NCBI GenBank assembly: GCA_001275005.1 | Contig: JWZX01003033.1 | Location: forward strand, 1-44,280 | From: Chrysochromulina tobinii | Lineage: Eukaryota | Direction of reading: 5' to 3' | DNA length: 44,280 nt | In this document: one piece after another, positions 11,501-21,482 of the stretch | How positions within the stretch are numbered: the stretch's first letter is position 1 | Layout: every line of letters starts with the position of its first letter | Program-made: the position numbers and the translations under genes | Notes under the pieces: model-generated | What the model was told of the DNA's origin: nothing | What the model saw: only the letters and a program-made list of their open reading frames with translations | The model's database searches: none

Positions 11501-13425
11501 ACGAGGACCATCTAGCTCTCCAGGTGCGCTCGACAATCAGTGGAAGCACCTGGACCATCCTTCAAACGGTCGACGTGAGCGTGCCCAGCCGCAGGTCCTC
11601 GTCCACGGTCACGCCGCCAGCGCGGCAGCCCACGTCTGCGGCGGCAACGGCGGAGAGCGCGAGCGGACATGCACTGCTGATCACCTCGCTCGATCCGTAC
11701 ACGGGCTACGAGTTCCGTCTGATCGCGCAGCGAGGGCCGCACTCCTCCCCCGCCTCGCGCTCCACGGCGCTGCTGCTGCCTGGGCCAGCCGGTGATCGTC
11801 TCTTAGAGGCGCCTCTGGTGCAGGCGACGAGCTCGGCGTCGTATCGCGTCTCGTGGGCGAAGAATGCTGGAACGTGCCGGCCCGGGCTCTCCTGGGACCT
11901 GCTGGTGACGCGCGCCGTCGCCGGCCATGCGATGGCGCCCGTCACGGCGCCCGTAACGGCGACGGCGGAGGTCGATAGTCATGGCAGCGTCCATCTGGCT
12001 GGTGACGGCACGAGAGGCGGCACGAGCGGCGGCACGAGCGGCGATGTGCGCCTCGTCGCCTCGTCGCTGCGCAACGTGAGCACTCACGATGAGCTCGGGA
12101 TGCGCTGCCCACCGCCCGGATGCGCTTTCCAGCTGCACGCGACGAATCTCCAGGGAGCTCAGCCCAATCTCCAGGGAGCTCAGCCCAGCTTCGGGTGGAG
12201 TGCTCTCTCAGCCTACGTACCCACGAATGCGCCGCCGCCGCTGCCGCCCGGCTGGACACGGCTCGAGGCGCGTCTGGATCCAAGCCAGCCGTGGTCGGGC
12301 AACGCCGCCGAGTTTGTGAAGATGCTGGGCACACAGCGTGCATGTGCCGAGCAGGCGCGCTGCCATCCGAGCAAGTTGTCCGTGCGAGAGGTGTATGGCC
12401 AGCGCTACGTCATCTTTGACGCCTTCACGATGGGTGGAGCAGTGGGGCTGGTGCCGCAGCCGGCAGCGGACGAGGCAGCCGTCTTTGCCGCCCTTGCACA
12501 GGCAGCCGATCAACTCACGCTCGTCTCAGAGCTCCTCGTCGTACCGCCCCCCAGTGCACTGGACGGAAGCACGCCCCTGCGCGTGCTCTTCCGTCGTGAC
12601 CCGAGCGCACCGGGCACGAGCCGACGACTTCTGGCTGCCATGGCGCTCGGCATTTTGGCCGTCGGTCTCGTTGCCCTGTGGATGAGGCATTGGCTTGCGA
12701 GTGCAGAGCGGCGCCATCGGTCGGGACGCTTGAAGGGCGACCCCAAGCACATGCGGCTCGGCCAGCTAGAACCCGATCTCGATCCCGATCTCGATGAGCA
12801 CTTCGAACCTGACGTCATCGAGGACGCCCTCGATGACGATGACTTCCTCGCGCAGCTGACCAAGGGCCCCTCCCAGCCCCTTGAGCTGATCTCCTCAACG
12901 AATCTTCCTGATGAATTCTCCTCGTCTACTCGCCGCCCCGCGCGACGAGCGCAGGAAGGCGCCAAGCTGCCTCGATTTGATGGCAAGTCGTGGAAGATTG
13001 ACAGTACTCTGCCCGAGTCGACCCCTGCCGCCCCAAGCAGCACTTTCGTGTACCCGAAGGCCAAGGTGGTGCCGGCGCCCGTGCCTGCGACGGCAGCGGC
13101 AGGCGGCGCGCAGGTCGGTGAGCTGGCACTTCGCCTGATCCTGGACGACGGGCGACCCGAGATGGTGCTGCGCATCCAGGTGGGGGCGATCAGCTCGACC
13201 GACGCGCTGCTGCAGGCGGCCTTCGATGCATGCGCGGAGGCAGTTGGCGCCGTGCTCGAGACGAGCGACTCGAAGCGCATCATCCTGCGCTACGTGTGCG
13301 CCGGCGTCGAGCGCAAGCTTAATACCAAGGTCCCGTGGGAGGAGCTCAAGGGGGCAGAAGGGATCATCATCAAGATGCAGCAGCGAAGTGCAACGACTGT
13401 GAGCCAGCACTCGCTCATCGATTGA
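8572..13425 (+). CDS. Large type I membrane protein: signal peptide, six Cys/His-rich repeats, CBM2-like modules, several FN3 domains, TM helix, cytoplasmic tail
   Basis: Intronless ORF; alternative ATG at 8548. Signal MSALRLALIVLEAAAAIA; repeats CxxxC-x7-HCxxCxCxxCxxC; WGGGYRAEV (CBM2-like); FN3 motifs LTWHPP, LRWAAP, LDGGVSYTIRV, LDPYTGYEFRL, NGAGWSAFS; TM LLAAMALGILAVGLVALW. Confidence 0.8.
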   Translation: MSALRLALIVLEAAAAIAVEVPRGLPVPARAEAASSAARAASGARAAMLAAEASQAAELDEEDEEDEEDEDKQLLRGAHSQPNVAPPPPGATGCSSWCSQAVHCSHSECILCPSCSAAQRCEPTTPSDLSHESCEKWCKEERKEEHCPTCACRQCSFCTAAQLSVEMKCTPTAKDDGKVKSCKSYCKDQHASTHCKRCDCQMCSICQAPGASPAADVLTPRSGPTIMCTSALRDDGKVESCKEYCSEKHASVHCARCDCKACGFCLAQRSCTPQSAADAAVEACESFCNDDHPQDHCPLCRCKRCSFCDGGGAGEEGRGDRPASASSCTPLDTNDVRVASCEPFCNAKQAGSHCLRCSCKTCTFCNARGAALGLLGAPPPPDPACATVSKRGSASAEGVVVAQVRLKVWEARSLIRITWPSDAGALALRVAKVDGAELMLTSGATLTFALGDEARAISVRGGKAFEVHLLGAADVLMQHLEQPLEIKCHYQLKACAGASWQLLEDWGGGYRAEVLIAEGWAAGAHVQLDFGSVAVRVDEMWQATALPDPSWPTRIDFVLDATADGDGGFGYTARGFPTPPSIKCTFEGRLPPRSLPASQALRARAQPPVPDAPVAVSTECGEFKLTWHPPPDAERAEWAIFYRAAEVSPAAPTGTFPTIPPAQGALTALATGLRPPLVGHTNFVHTISGLPAQTALRFFLRYAVSREGPWSALSGASQPVTSELGAPPAKPTGLTLPPLPIGSVAVSCDALMLTWAPSTGCAIVDYRLQVRVEGTAKWITSAALGADSTSFHGFGTGEVGPICREGSTIEMRLQAKNGAGWSAFSEALSVRLGTTQTPVHAQPPRAVSTPTCDALTLRWAAPEAHGTPLSNHRVEWASTLALREPSSAADAWQSVLVDGSKQEVRLDGLDGGVSYTIRVASQALLGWGTPSPPLLISTPASDNDLDPPQPPTYLPPPSGRCDAIMLRLPAGRRGCEHEDHLALQVRSTISGSTWTILQTVDVSVPSRRSSSTVTPPARQPTSAAATAESASGHALLITSLDPYTGYEFRLIAQRGPHSSPASRSTALLLPGPAGDRLLEAPLVQATSSASYRVSWAKNAGTCRPGLSWDLLVTRAVAGHAMAPVTAPVTATAEVDSHGSVHLAGDGTRGGTSGGTSGDVRLVASSLRNVSTHDELGMRCPPPGCAFQLHATNLQGAQPNLQGAQPSFGWSALSAYVPTNAPPPLPPGWTRLEARLDPSQPWSGNAAEFVKMLGTQRACAEQARCHPSKLSVREVYGQRYVIFDAFTMGGAVGLVPQPAADEAAVFAALAQAADQLTLVSELLVVPPPSALDGSTPLRVLFRRDPSAPGTSRRLLAAMALGILAVGLVALWMRHWLASAERRHRSGRLKGDPKHMRLGQLEPDLDPDLDEHFEPDVIEDALDDDDFLAQLTKGPSQPLELISSTNLPDEFSSSTRRPARRAQEGAKLPRFDGKSWKIDSTLPESTPAAPSSTFVYPKAKVVPAPVPATAAAGGAQVGELALRLILDDGRPEMVLRIQVGAISSTDALLQAAFDACAEAVGAVLETSDSKRIILRYVCAGVERKLNTKVPWEELKGAEGIIIKMQQRSATTVSQHSLID

Positions 13426-13544
13426 GACCACTCCCCGTCGCGCGACCACTCTGCTGGGCCGTCAGCGTGGCTGTGGGCGTGCGAGACATAGTCGGAACTA
13501 CGCCGTATGTACTGTTCGTTTTGTCCCGTTAGACGCAAACTATA

Positions 13545-13594
13545 CAGTCAGTCAGTAAGTTTCGTCGCGGTCCCCCCGCGCTCACCACACCACC
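13545..13594 (-). repeat. Dispersed short repeat family A, copy 1 (stem-loop plus (ACTG)n tail; resembles a SINE/LINE 3' end)
   Basis: CAGTCAGTCAGTAAGTTTCGTCGCGGTCCCCCCGCGCTCACCACAC matches the reverse complement of 27735-27780. Confidence 0.75.
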
Positions 13595-13873
13595 GTCTCA
13601 AGAACAAGAAGGACGGCTCCGCTCCCCATCCGATCCCCTCGGTCAACACAAGTACTGTAAGTACTCACTCGCTCGGACTACTCAATTTCGCTGGCAAACT
13701 ATACAAAACACGACTCCGCTTGTTATGCGCAACCCTTGGCGCGACCACAAAATATCTTCGAATACGTCAGTTTTATTGGGGGCGCGTACATGGGGCGCGT
13801 AATACTATAGTGCGGCGATCAATAAAACGGCGTTAGCTAAAACCTGCTTGCGAGCCTGGTGCGGGGCGGGATG

Positions 13874-15355
13874 TCATTTCCAGCCCGGATGGGCCACGTT
13901 GGAAGAGACCCACGGCTGCGCGCTGGCATTCATGGCCGGCGCCGGCATGCATTGAGGTAGGTGGCTCGATGCATGAGCATGCCCTGCTGGCCCCGCCGTG
14001 GAGGGCGTGTCCGGCGCCAGTGATGCCGCCCCAGGCGCCTGCGCCTGCGCCGCCGCATGCGCCGCTGCCGCTGCCGCTGCCGCTGCCGCTGCCGCTGCTA
14101 CTGCGCTCGGGTTGTATGCCGACTGCTGAGCGTAGCCCGAGTACCCCGGGGGCGGCGACTGCTGCTGCTGCTGCTGCTGAAAGTGGGCGTACATCGCGGC
14201 GTAGTGCTGATAGGCTGCCGAGCCGCCCATGCCGCCCACACCGTACTGGCCCGCCATCGTTGCGTTCGCCAAAAAGGGTTGCGACGAATCGCCAAATGCA
14301 GGGTGGGCAGGGTGGGCAGGGGCGCCGAAAGGCGGAACGCCGTGGGGCGCCATGAGATGAGAGCACTGTGGCACGGGTGACATGTGAAAGGGCGGGTGCG
14401 CCGGCCCGTAGTACTGCATCATGACCGCCGCCTGCTGCTGCTGCGCTTGCGTCGCTGCCTGTATCCCCGCAACGTATGCCGCCTGGATGGCAGGGTCATG
14501 AAAGCTTGGAAAGACTCCCGTTTGTGGCACCGCGCCTATCTCACGTGCGGCGGCATTGTGCACGCGGCCCGACGCGCCGCCCGGAAGCTGCTGCTTGCGC
14601 GCGGCGGTCCGGCGCTGCACGAGCTGCACGATGTTATCTGCCGTCACGCGTGGCCGGCCACGCTTTCTCTCCATGCGCCGCTTGCACTCGATGCCGCGCA
14701 CCGTGCATTGCTCACACCAGCCTGTGGGCAGCATGGTGCACTTGAGACGATTCTCATGGCACAGATCGCACGCCTTGCGCAGGCGCGGCGTGTATCGACC
14801 GCCGTCAGCCGACTCTGCCACACCGTTGGCGTTCACCTCCACCTGGCTGCCATACGCGGCGCCCGCAGCCAGGCCTTCGGTGGTGGCGAGATGAGCATCT
14901 GCTGATGCGGCGCCTTCTACTGACAGCTGGCTAGCTTCCCCGGCGAGAGCGACCGCCTCCTCGGACGCGTCCTCGTCGGACACGCTCAAGGCTAACTGTA
15001 TCTCCGTGGGCGCTGACTCGCCTGGGACGCTGCCGCCGATGCACCACGGCTGAGCGGCCGCGGGTGAGTCGTCCTCAACAGTGGCGAGCACCGACGCACA
15101 ATCAGTTGCAGCCGGAGCCTCCCGCATCGACCGCTCGTAACACGGTGCGGAGGCCGATGAATGCTCCTCCACTTCCGCCACCCCCTCTGGCTGAAACACT
15201 TCAGCCTCTTCATCCATCGACAAACTGTTTGTGTCGAGCCCGATGGACATCTCCGGCACCATCCGGCTATCTGCCAAGGATACAGCATGGTTGTGTTGCA
15301 CCGCAGCTCGTTCACCCTCAGCCTCTGTTGGCCCGACAGCCGGCACGGGAATCAT
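13874..15355 (-). CDS. Zn(II)2Cys6 (fungal-type) transcription factor with Q/A-rich tail
   Basis: RKACDLCHENRLKCTMLPTGWCEQCTVRGIEC, followed by RKRGRPR. Acidic N-terminus and poly-Q/poly-A C-terminus. Start placed at the first ATG. Confidence 0.85.
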   Translation of the reverse strand: MIPVPAVGPTEAEGERAAVQHNHAVSLADSRMVPEMSIGLDTNSLSMDEEAEVFQPEGVAEVEEHSSASAPCYERSMREAPAATDCASVLATVEDDSPAAAQPWCIGGSVPGESAPTEIQLALSVSDEDASEEAVALAGEASQLSVEGAASADAHLATTEGLAAGAAYGSQVEVNANGVAESADGGRYTPRLRKACDLCHENRLKCTMLPTGWCEQCTVRGIECKRRMERKRGRPRVTADNIVQLVQRRTAARKQQLPGGASGRVHNAAAREIGAVPQTGVFPSFHDPAIQAAYVAGIQAATQAQQQQAAVMMQYYGPAHPPFHMSPVPQCSHLMAPHGVPPFGAPAHPAHPAFGDSSQPFLANATMAGQYGVGGMGGSAAYQHYAAMYAHFQQQQQQQSPPPGYSGYAQQSAYNPSAVAAAAAAAAAAAAAHAAAQAQAPGAASLAPDTPSTAGPAGHAHASSHLPQCMPAPAMNASAQPWVSSNVAHPGWK

Positions 15356-15496
15356 CGTTTGAGGATGTCGGGCGTCTCGTGTCGGGGTGCAGAATTTCTT
15401 CGTCACGATAGAGAAATAAGAAAAGGCCGATCAATCTCGGATAAAAGTCACGTCAAGCGACCGGACTTTCCGAAAGAAGACAAAGAATAATTCACT

Positions 15497-15543
15497 ACGG
15501 AAAAGCTTCGACGGAAAAGCTTCGAAAGAAACGGAAAGCTTCG
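15497..15543. repeat. Tandem ACGGAAAAGCTTCG x3 upstream of the Zn2Cys6 gene
   Basis: Two exact 14-bp copies plus a third with a 1-bp deletion. Confidence 0.85.
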
Positions 15544-15977
15544 AAAGACTTTCGGACGGTAAGGCGGATATTTCTGTTTTTTTACGTGCCATTTTTCACA
15601 CGCTGTCTATCGCCGTTTTCCGCGAGATGGAGAAGAGAATGGTGATGGGAATATCTTGAACTCAAACTCTTGCAAGTGTCGAAGGTCTCGGGTAGTGTGC
15701 TAGTGTCAAGTGTGGTGATCTCCGCCTCCCTGTGCACCCTGGCCGTCTTAGGTCGGTATTGGACCGCGGGCGCGCCGAGCGTCGCCGGCAATTGCATTGG
15801 GCAATTGGTCGCCGGCCCGCGGCCGCGCCGGCCCGCGGGTGAGCCTGCCGCCCTTGGCCTGCCGAACCGGGAACGTAACGCGCAGCGGTGAGCCGCGTTT
15901 ATCTCACGAAGTGAAATCTGAAAATAATATTTATTAAGACCGGTCACGCCTACGCGTCGACTCACGTCACGTCAAAA

Positions 15978-17003
15978 CTAAACAAAAGGCCTTTTCATCC
16001 CCCTCTCAACCAATGACGAAACTGGCTGAAGAGGAACCGGAGTGCCAGCAGAGGTGGCAGTTGACGGAACTGGCTGATGGGGAGCCTTTAGGGGTGCCGG
16101 ACTTATAGTAGAGGTGGCCGAGGGCCCCACCGCGGCCTGGCAGAGGGTCGCGTCCAGCAGGATCGCAGCAGCGAGCGCCGCTCGCTGCGTCAGCCCAGCC
16201 CCGACCATCAGGCTCAGCCGGGAGTGTAGCGGCGGCGGCGGGGTGGCAGGCAAATTGACTAGCGGGGTGCCGCCAATCACGCCGGCAGTCGCTGCCACTC
16301 CTCTCGACTCGTTGCGACGAAAGACGTACAGAGCATCAGCGAACCCTGGCCATCTCGGGATGGGCACGATCTCGACGAGCTCGAAGTCGGCTTCGACCAT
16401 CGCCTGGAAGCGAGCCCCGGCGGTGTGGCCATGCATGGCCGTGCGCCACGAGAGTGTTGCCACGAAGCCAGCGCGATGTCTCCACTCGCCAACGTAGAAT
16501 AGGATGCGGCCGCGAAATGCGGTGAGCGCCTCGAGCGCCATGAGATTGCCATCCTCTCCGCCGCCGTCACTCGTGGCCACTTCCAACTCGAGCGGCGGCC
16601 AGCAGAGGAGCAGCGCCGCTGCTGGACCTGCATGAGCCACTGCGGAAGCACCACTCTCAACTTGGATCACGCAAAATGCATTCGTGGGTCGATTTGCGTC
16701 CGAGGCAATCACGCGAAGGCCGCATTTGCGCAGCAGCGCTGCCCACAACCCATTACCAGCCCCGACTTCGACGATGATCCCACCAGCTGCGTGGTGCGTG
16801 ATCCTGCCCAGCGCGGCAGCATTGGGCAATCCAAACGCAAAGGCCTGCGATATCGGCGTAATAGTGTCCTGGTGGCACTCAAGCAGTGCGCGCAAATTGT
16901 CGAACCCACGAGCCTCCGCGTGCCAAATTGATGCCGGGACGAGCGATTGCAACAACGTGGTGAGCGCGTCGGCCGTCCACCCTGCCGCGGTGGTCCTGTT
17001 CAT
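15978..17003 (-). CDS. Class I SAM-dependent methyltransferase-like protein
   Basis: FAFGLP, IVEVGAGNGLWAALL (motif I), VIASD, LLLCWPP, FYVGE, IPRWPGFADALYVFRR. Confidence 0.75.
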   Translation of the reverse strand: MNRTTAAGWTADALTTLLQSLVPASIWHAEARGFDNLRALLECHQDTITPISQAFAFGLPNAAALGRITHHAAGGIIVEVGAGNGLWAALLRKCGLRVIASDANRPTNAFCVIQVESGASAVAHAGPAAALLLCWPPLELEVATSDGGGEDGNLMALEALTAFRGRILFYVGEWRHRAGFVATLSWRTAMHGHTAGARFQAMVEADFELVEIVPIPRWPGFADALYVFRRNESRGVAATAGVIGGTPLVNLPATPPPPLHSRLSLMVGAGLTQRAALAAAILLDATLCQAAVGPSATSTISPAPLKAPHQPVPSTATSAGTPVPLQPVSSLVERGMKRPFV

Positions 17004-17284
17004 CCACCATGCGGAGAGGATTTATGTGTGAACGTTAAATTTTTAAGAAGACAGACGCGACAACCGGTGTGTCATACGGTGCTACGGCACTGTTACTGCA
17101 TGCATGTGAAGAGGGCCATGAAGGCTACATCGTACAAAATAATTGACGTGAGGCAACCTATTTCGGGAAGCCTATCGAATGTACATGTAGTCTCGAGGCT
17201 AGCTGTGGAGGTGAAAGTCGACGGAGAGGAAGAACGTACGGAACACAAGTTTGGTCATCGACGATTTTTTGCCTCGTCAATGCG

Positions 17285-18088
17285 ATGAGCAAAGCCGAGG
17301 GTAAAGCAGTACCTGCGGCTCCGGATAGCCCTCCGCCGAGCGGCTCAACTGTGAGCGGAAAGGCGCCAATGCCTGCTGTTTCCCCGCCTCCGGCAACCTT
17401 GGCGATGCCTCCGCCGCAATGGCCAGGACCGATGCGAGATCCGACTGGGCCCGATGGTAATGCCATCGGTGGATCCCAGGCTTCTGATGCGGGTTCCGTG
17501 AAGGGCGACTCAGCCTCAGAAACGGGCTCGGAGCAAACGTCCACGTCCCACTTTTCCTCGGGCACACTTGCCTCGGGCGCATCGACCGCTTTCCTCTCGC
17601 AGCAGGTGCACTCGTTCACGCTCGATGACTTTGCCGGTCATGAGATCCAAACCATTCTCGAGGACGGAGAAACCGACCAGCACCAAAACGACCACCTACA
17701 CGACGAGGACGGCCAATCACACGACGGGCAGCAATCAGTACGCCCGGGCTCGATCGTCTCCAACTTTGAGCAGCGGCTCGACGAGCTCGACGGCCTCGGG
17801 CCGATCGAGCCGCCAACGCGCGAACCAGAGGATCCGCCGAGCGCCGCGGCCGAGGACCCGAGCGGCGGCGGCACGTCGGCGATCGCGGTCATGGAGGCGC
17901 AGTACCTGCAGCTGCTCCAGCAGATGCAGTATCGCGACCTCACGCCAGAGGACCTGCAACTTCTCAAGAGTATTGAGAAGGAGCGTGCCGAGCGGCACTC
18001 TAAGTCGCCTGCGATGAGGGTCAACAGCGCTCGGCAGTTAGGAAGCTGGCCGTGCAGCAGTGCGGGCCCGAGCTCGTCCGCTGCCTAG
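17285..18088 (+). CDS. Hypothetical low-complexity (P/S/acidic) protein with a C-terminal helical segment
   Basis: 267-aa ATG-initiated ORF divergent from the methyltransferase gene. No recognisable domain. Confidence 0.45.
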   Translation: MSKAEGKAVPAAPDSPPPSGSTVSGKAPMPAVSPPPATLAMPPPQWPGPMRDPTGPDGNAIGGSQASDAGSVKGDSASETGSEQTSTSHFSSGTLASGASTAFLSQQVHSFTLDDFAGHEIQTILEDGETDQHQNDHLHDEDGQSHDGQQSVRPGSIVSNFEQRLDELDGLGPIEPPTREPEDPPSAAAEDPSGGGTSAIAVMEAQYLQLLQQMQYRDLTPEDLQLLKSIEKERAERHSKSPAMRVNSARQLGSWPCSSAGPSSSAA

Positions 18089-18473
18089 CCTTGGACTGCA
18101 ACCCCCCCTGGGGTGCATCGGCCGCTGGCGCCATGACGGGCGCCAGAGGCCCCGCGGGAATGGATCTGAGAGAGCGTCAGGTCAGTCGAGACGTCAGAAG
18201 CGAGGGCGGAGAGGTTATGACGAGAGCTCCATGATAGTCCCGGGGCAGTGTCTCCGGGATTCGCTCGGCGTTTTGGCTTGAACTTGCCAATGCTGTCCTG
18301 TGTGCTTGTGTGCTGTGGGTCTGGGAGGCAGCGCCCTGCCGCGGGAACGTGAACCGGGATCGCAGCGAAGCACTCATTGGTGAGGGCGCTCTCTCAGACC
18401 ATACTCGCAGCGTGGCGGGTTCGCACCTGCCGGCGGCTGATTAACTTCGATAAAAGTTGCTGACCCCCAGTAT

Positions 18474-18930
18474 TCAGTACTGCGCGGGGTGGATGTCGGG
18501 GTGGATGAGTCGTGCGCACTGCATGCTCCAGCAGGCGTGGAGGAACGCGACGCTCATAAGCAGCCCGAATGAGAGGAACTTGAGCGGGTGCGCGTCCTGG
18601 AAGCTGAGCTCCTGAGCAGCATCTCCCCGCTCAGCGCCGTCAGCATGCTGGATGAGTTGTTTGAGCGAGCAGCACGCGCCGCCGATGACCAGGTAATCGC
18701 AGCCGTCGTCCTGGAAGGCGCAGTAGAGCGGCAACACAAAAGTCGAGGCGGCCGAGAGCTTGGCGAACTTCGTTCTGCAAGTGCTATGGAACGAGAACTC
18801 CTTGCCGTTGCCCGTCGTGGCCAACACCTTGCTCACGATCTTGACGGCGAGCGAGGAGTAGGGATCTGCCGGGTCCTCGATCAGAGCGACCACCAGGCCG
18901 TAACGGCTACGGCCGACGATGAGGCCGTGA
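18474..18930 (-). pseudogene. Degenerate, truncated protein kinase fragment (N-lobe to catalytic loop)
   Basis: VGRSRYGLV (Gly loop), LAVKIVSK, FVLPLYCAFQDD..YLV, VAFLH, LIHPDIHPAQ (compare HRDIKPEN), then a stop. No DFG or APE found downstream. Confidence 0.5.
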
Positions 18931-20105
18931 GTGACGGCGAGCAGGGTCGCCCGGTAGAGCCGATCGTGCTCGCGCTCGGAATCGAGCCCGAGCGCCGCTC
19001 CCGCCGGCGTCGAGAACGAGCTCTCCGGCCATATCGCTCGCCGCCAATCGACGTTGCTGCGGCAGTGCGATGATGGTCGCCATAGCCGTCCGAGGAGGAA
19101 GCGGCAACGGAGGCGGACGCCATGCTGTGAGGGTTTTGCGAAATCGAAATGTTTTGCGTAAGGACATGTTACATGTAGCGAACGGGCGGTCAGTTGAAAT
19201 GCAGACAAAAAGGTCAACGAAAGCAGCGTGTTGCATAGCGGCGCGCGCGCACTTTCGTCGCAATGTTTCAAAGCGGCGCTACGTTGCGGAATTGCGTCCT
19301 GTCTTTCGCGGCCTTGTGTGCGCGTCCGCGCGCCTCCGCCGCCGCCGCTACGTCGCTTTCGCGCACAGCGCACCGACTTCGCACACGGAATCGATCGAGT
19401 CCGCTCAGGTGCTTTCCTCCACGGTGCCCGCGGGCACTCCTGCATCTCCGTCACTCGCCACGCTCAGTCTCTCTCATGACTGTGGGTGTTTCCCGCGTGA
19501 CTTTCCGCAGTCGTTCCGCCGCCGACCAGTTCGCCTCCCTCCTCGCCGGCCCGCGCACGTCACATGCGTACCCCCGTCCCACGGCGGACTCACTCGCCCG
19601 TCACCCCTCCGACGCGCAGCGCGCGCGCGCGCGCGGGACCAACCGCACCAGTGCTCCGCGCTGTGCACATGGAGTTTCACTTTCACCGGTCCTTGATGAG
19701 TGCCAGTAGCCCACAGCCTAAGTTTGGCCTCTGCGAGCTCGTCATGTCATGCGTCGGGGTGTCATGTGTAATCTTCTTGGCAGGGCGGGAACCCAAGTAG
19801 TAACGTGTGCCTGTGTGTAGGGCCTGCTCGTCAGTGTAGCGTAGCAAGTCGAGTAACAAAATCTATGCAAGTACTCAATGCACAAAATACGTTTCCCGCC
19901 CGCGCCGCTCTCGTGCTCACTCCCATTCCCACGGGCAGTCGCGATTACGCGTTCACGGCGCCGAGGACTCCCATTCCGCGCGATGCTTCGAGTGAACGTG
20001 CGATTCGCCAGTCCGGTCCGCGGTCGATGGACCGCACGCGACACACACAACAATCTTTCACAAGGACTCCAAGCGTCACTCACGGGCGCGCGCGTGTCTC
20101 ACGTC

Positions 20106-21212
20106 TCAAAGCATGTGCCCGGCCGCATCCATGGCCCAGTAGCCTCCGATGAACGCGTTGCACTTGGGGCAGCGGAGCACCTCCTCGTCGACGCAATGGT
20201 CAACGCTCCCAGACCCCGTGCAGGAGGCCTCGAGGCACCCCCAGGAGATCCAATGGTCGCACGGCACGTTCGCGTCGGCGGCCACGAGCCGAGCCCACTT
20301 GACAGAAGCCCCCGTCATCTTCTCGTCTCGCGACGGGGGTGCGTGCGTCCGTTGGCAGCCGCCGCAACACTTGACCATCTCCGTGTCCGGGAGGGTGTCT
20401 GCGAGGGGCGGATCTGCCGCGAGGAGCTCTTCGACGAGCATGTCCAGGATGTAGAGGGGCAGCCAGCCGTCGAGGACCGAGTACACGGGAGCGTGCTCGG
20501 CCGAGCTGCAGAAAGGAGAGGGAGAGGGAGCAGGAGGTCAGCCTCGGAGAGGTGGGCGTCTGGGCGTCCAAAGCCCATGCAGCAACCTAGTCAGAGCTTC
20601 GGCCACTCGGCGCAACGACCGCCGTCCGACCTTGGTGAGCAGAAAATAATGGCTTGCCGTGCGCAGCAACACCCGTCTGAAGGCCGATGGCGGCGGACAA
20701 GCCTGCAGCGAACGGCCGAGGCTCGCGATTACGCCATTGTGGAAGAGCCCCAGCCACTCGTCATCGCTCTCGAGCCACGACCAGCAGGCGTCGCACGCGC
20801 GCGCGGGCTCCCTCTCAGACCGGTCGCCGCGCGACGCACCGAGAACTCGGCCCACGCGCGCCGCGGGGCTGTGCAAGGCCGCCCGCAGATAAGGAGCGAC
20901 GGGCCCTGTCGCTGGACGGGGGAGGAAGGACGCGAAGTAGGCTGTGACGATTGCGAGGCACGAAAGAGCCGCGTCCGTAAGGTCGGGCGCGGCCATCGCG
21001 AAGGCAACCGCGACGAGCGCAGCGATGACCGCGTACCCAACTGCGCCGCCTCCGATGAGCTTCGACACCTTGACGAGCAGGTTTACAGAGAAGGGCGCGG
21101 CTGCGCCAATTGCTACGGGCTGCCAGGCGTACCCGTTGAAGACCACCAATGTGGCGAGAGAGCTAGCACTGGAGATAACGGCAAGGCACAGCAGCCACAG
21201 TGCTTGTGGCAT
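20106..21212 (-). CDS. Multi-pass membrane protein with C-terminal RING-like finger; 2 exons (21212-20587, 20505-20106)
   Basis: Hydrophobic N-terminal helices. A GT...CTGCAG intron at 20586-20506 with a pyrimidine tract joins the two ORFs in frame. RING-like CGGC...CDHWISWGC...CPKC. Confidence 0.6.
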
Positions 21213-21322
21213 CCCACGCGTCACAAGTCGATTACCCCGTCACAACGACGCAGCACCGGAGCCACCTCTCTCTGCGAACCCCGAGCACAGTATGAAGGGG
21301 GGGTAGGTCTGACCTACCCCCT

Positions 21323-21430
21323 AAAAGGCACCGGGGGGAGCGGGGACACACACGGGACACGCGGACGCACAAAGGCGCACGGACCGCACAGACGAACCTC
21401 ACAACAATCCAAACCCAACAACAACACTCA
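21323..21430 (+). repeat. Dispersed short repeat family B, copy 1
   Basis: AAAAGGCACCGGGGGGAGC...ACACGCGGACGCACA...CAGACGAACCTCACAAC...AAACCCAACAACAACAC aligns closely with the reverse complement of 31930-32046. Confidence 0.8.
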
Positions 21431-21482
21431 AACCCGAGCCTCCTCATCCTCAAGGGATTTGGACTACCCAGAGGATCCGCCC

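Noticed and set aside
19878..21482. N-terminal two-thirds of the 679-aa + strand ORF
   Set aside because: It is the antisense shadow of the RING-variant gene plus repeat B. The MAPK begins at ATG 21483.
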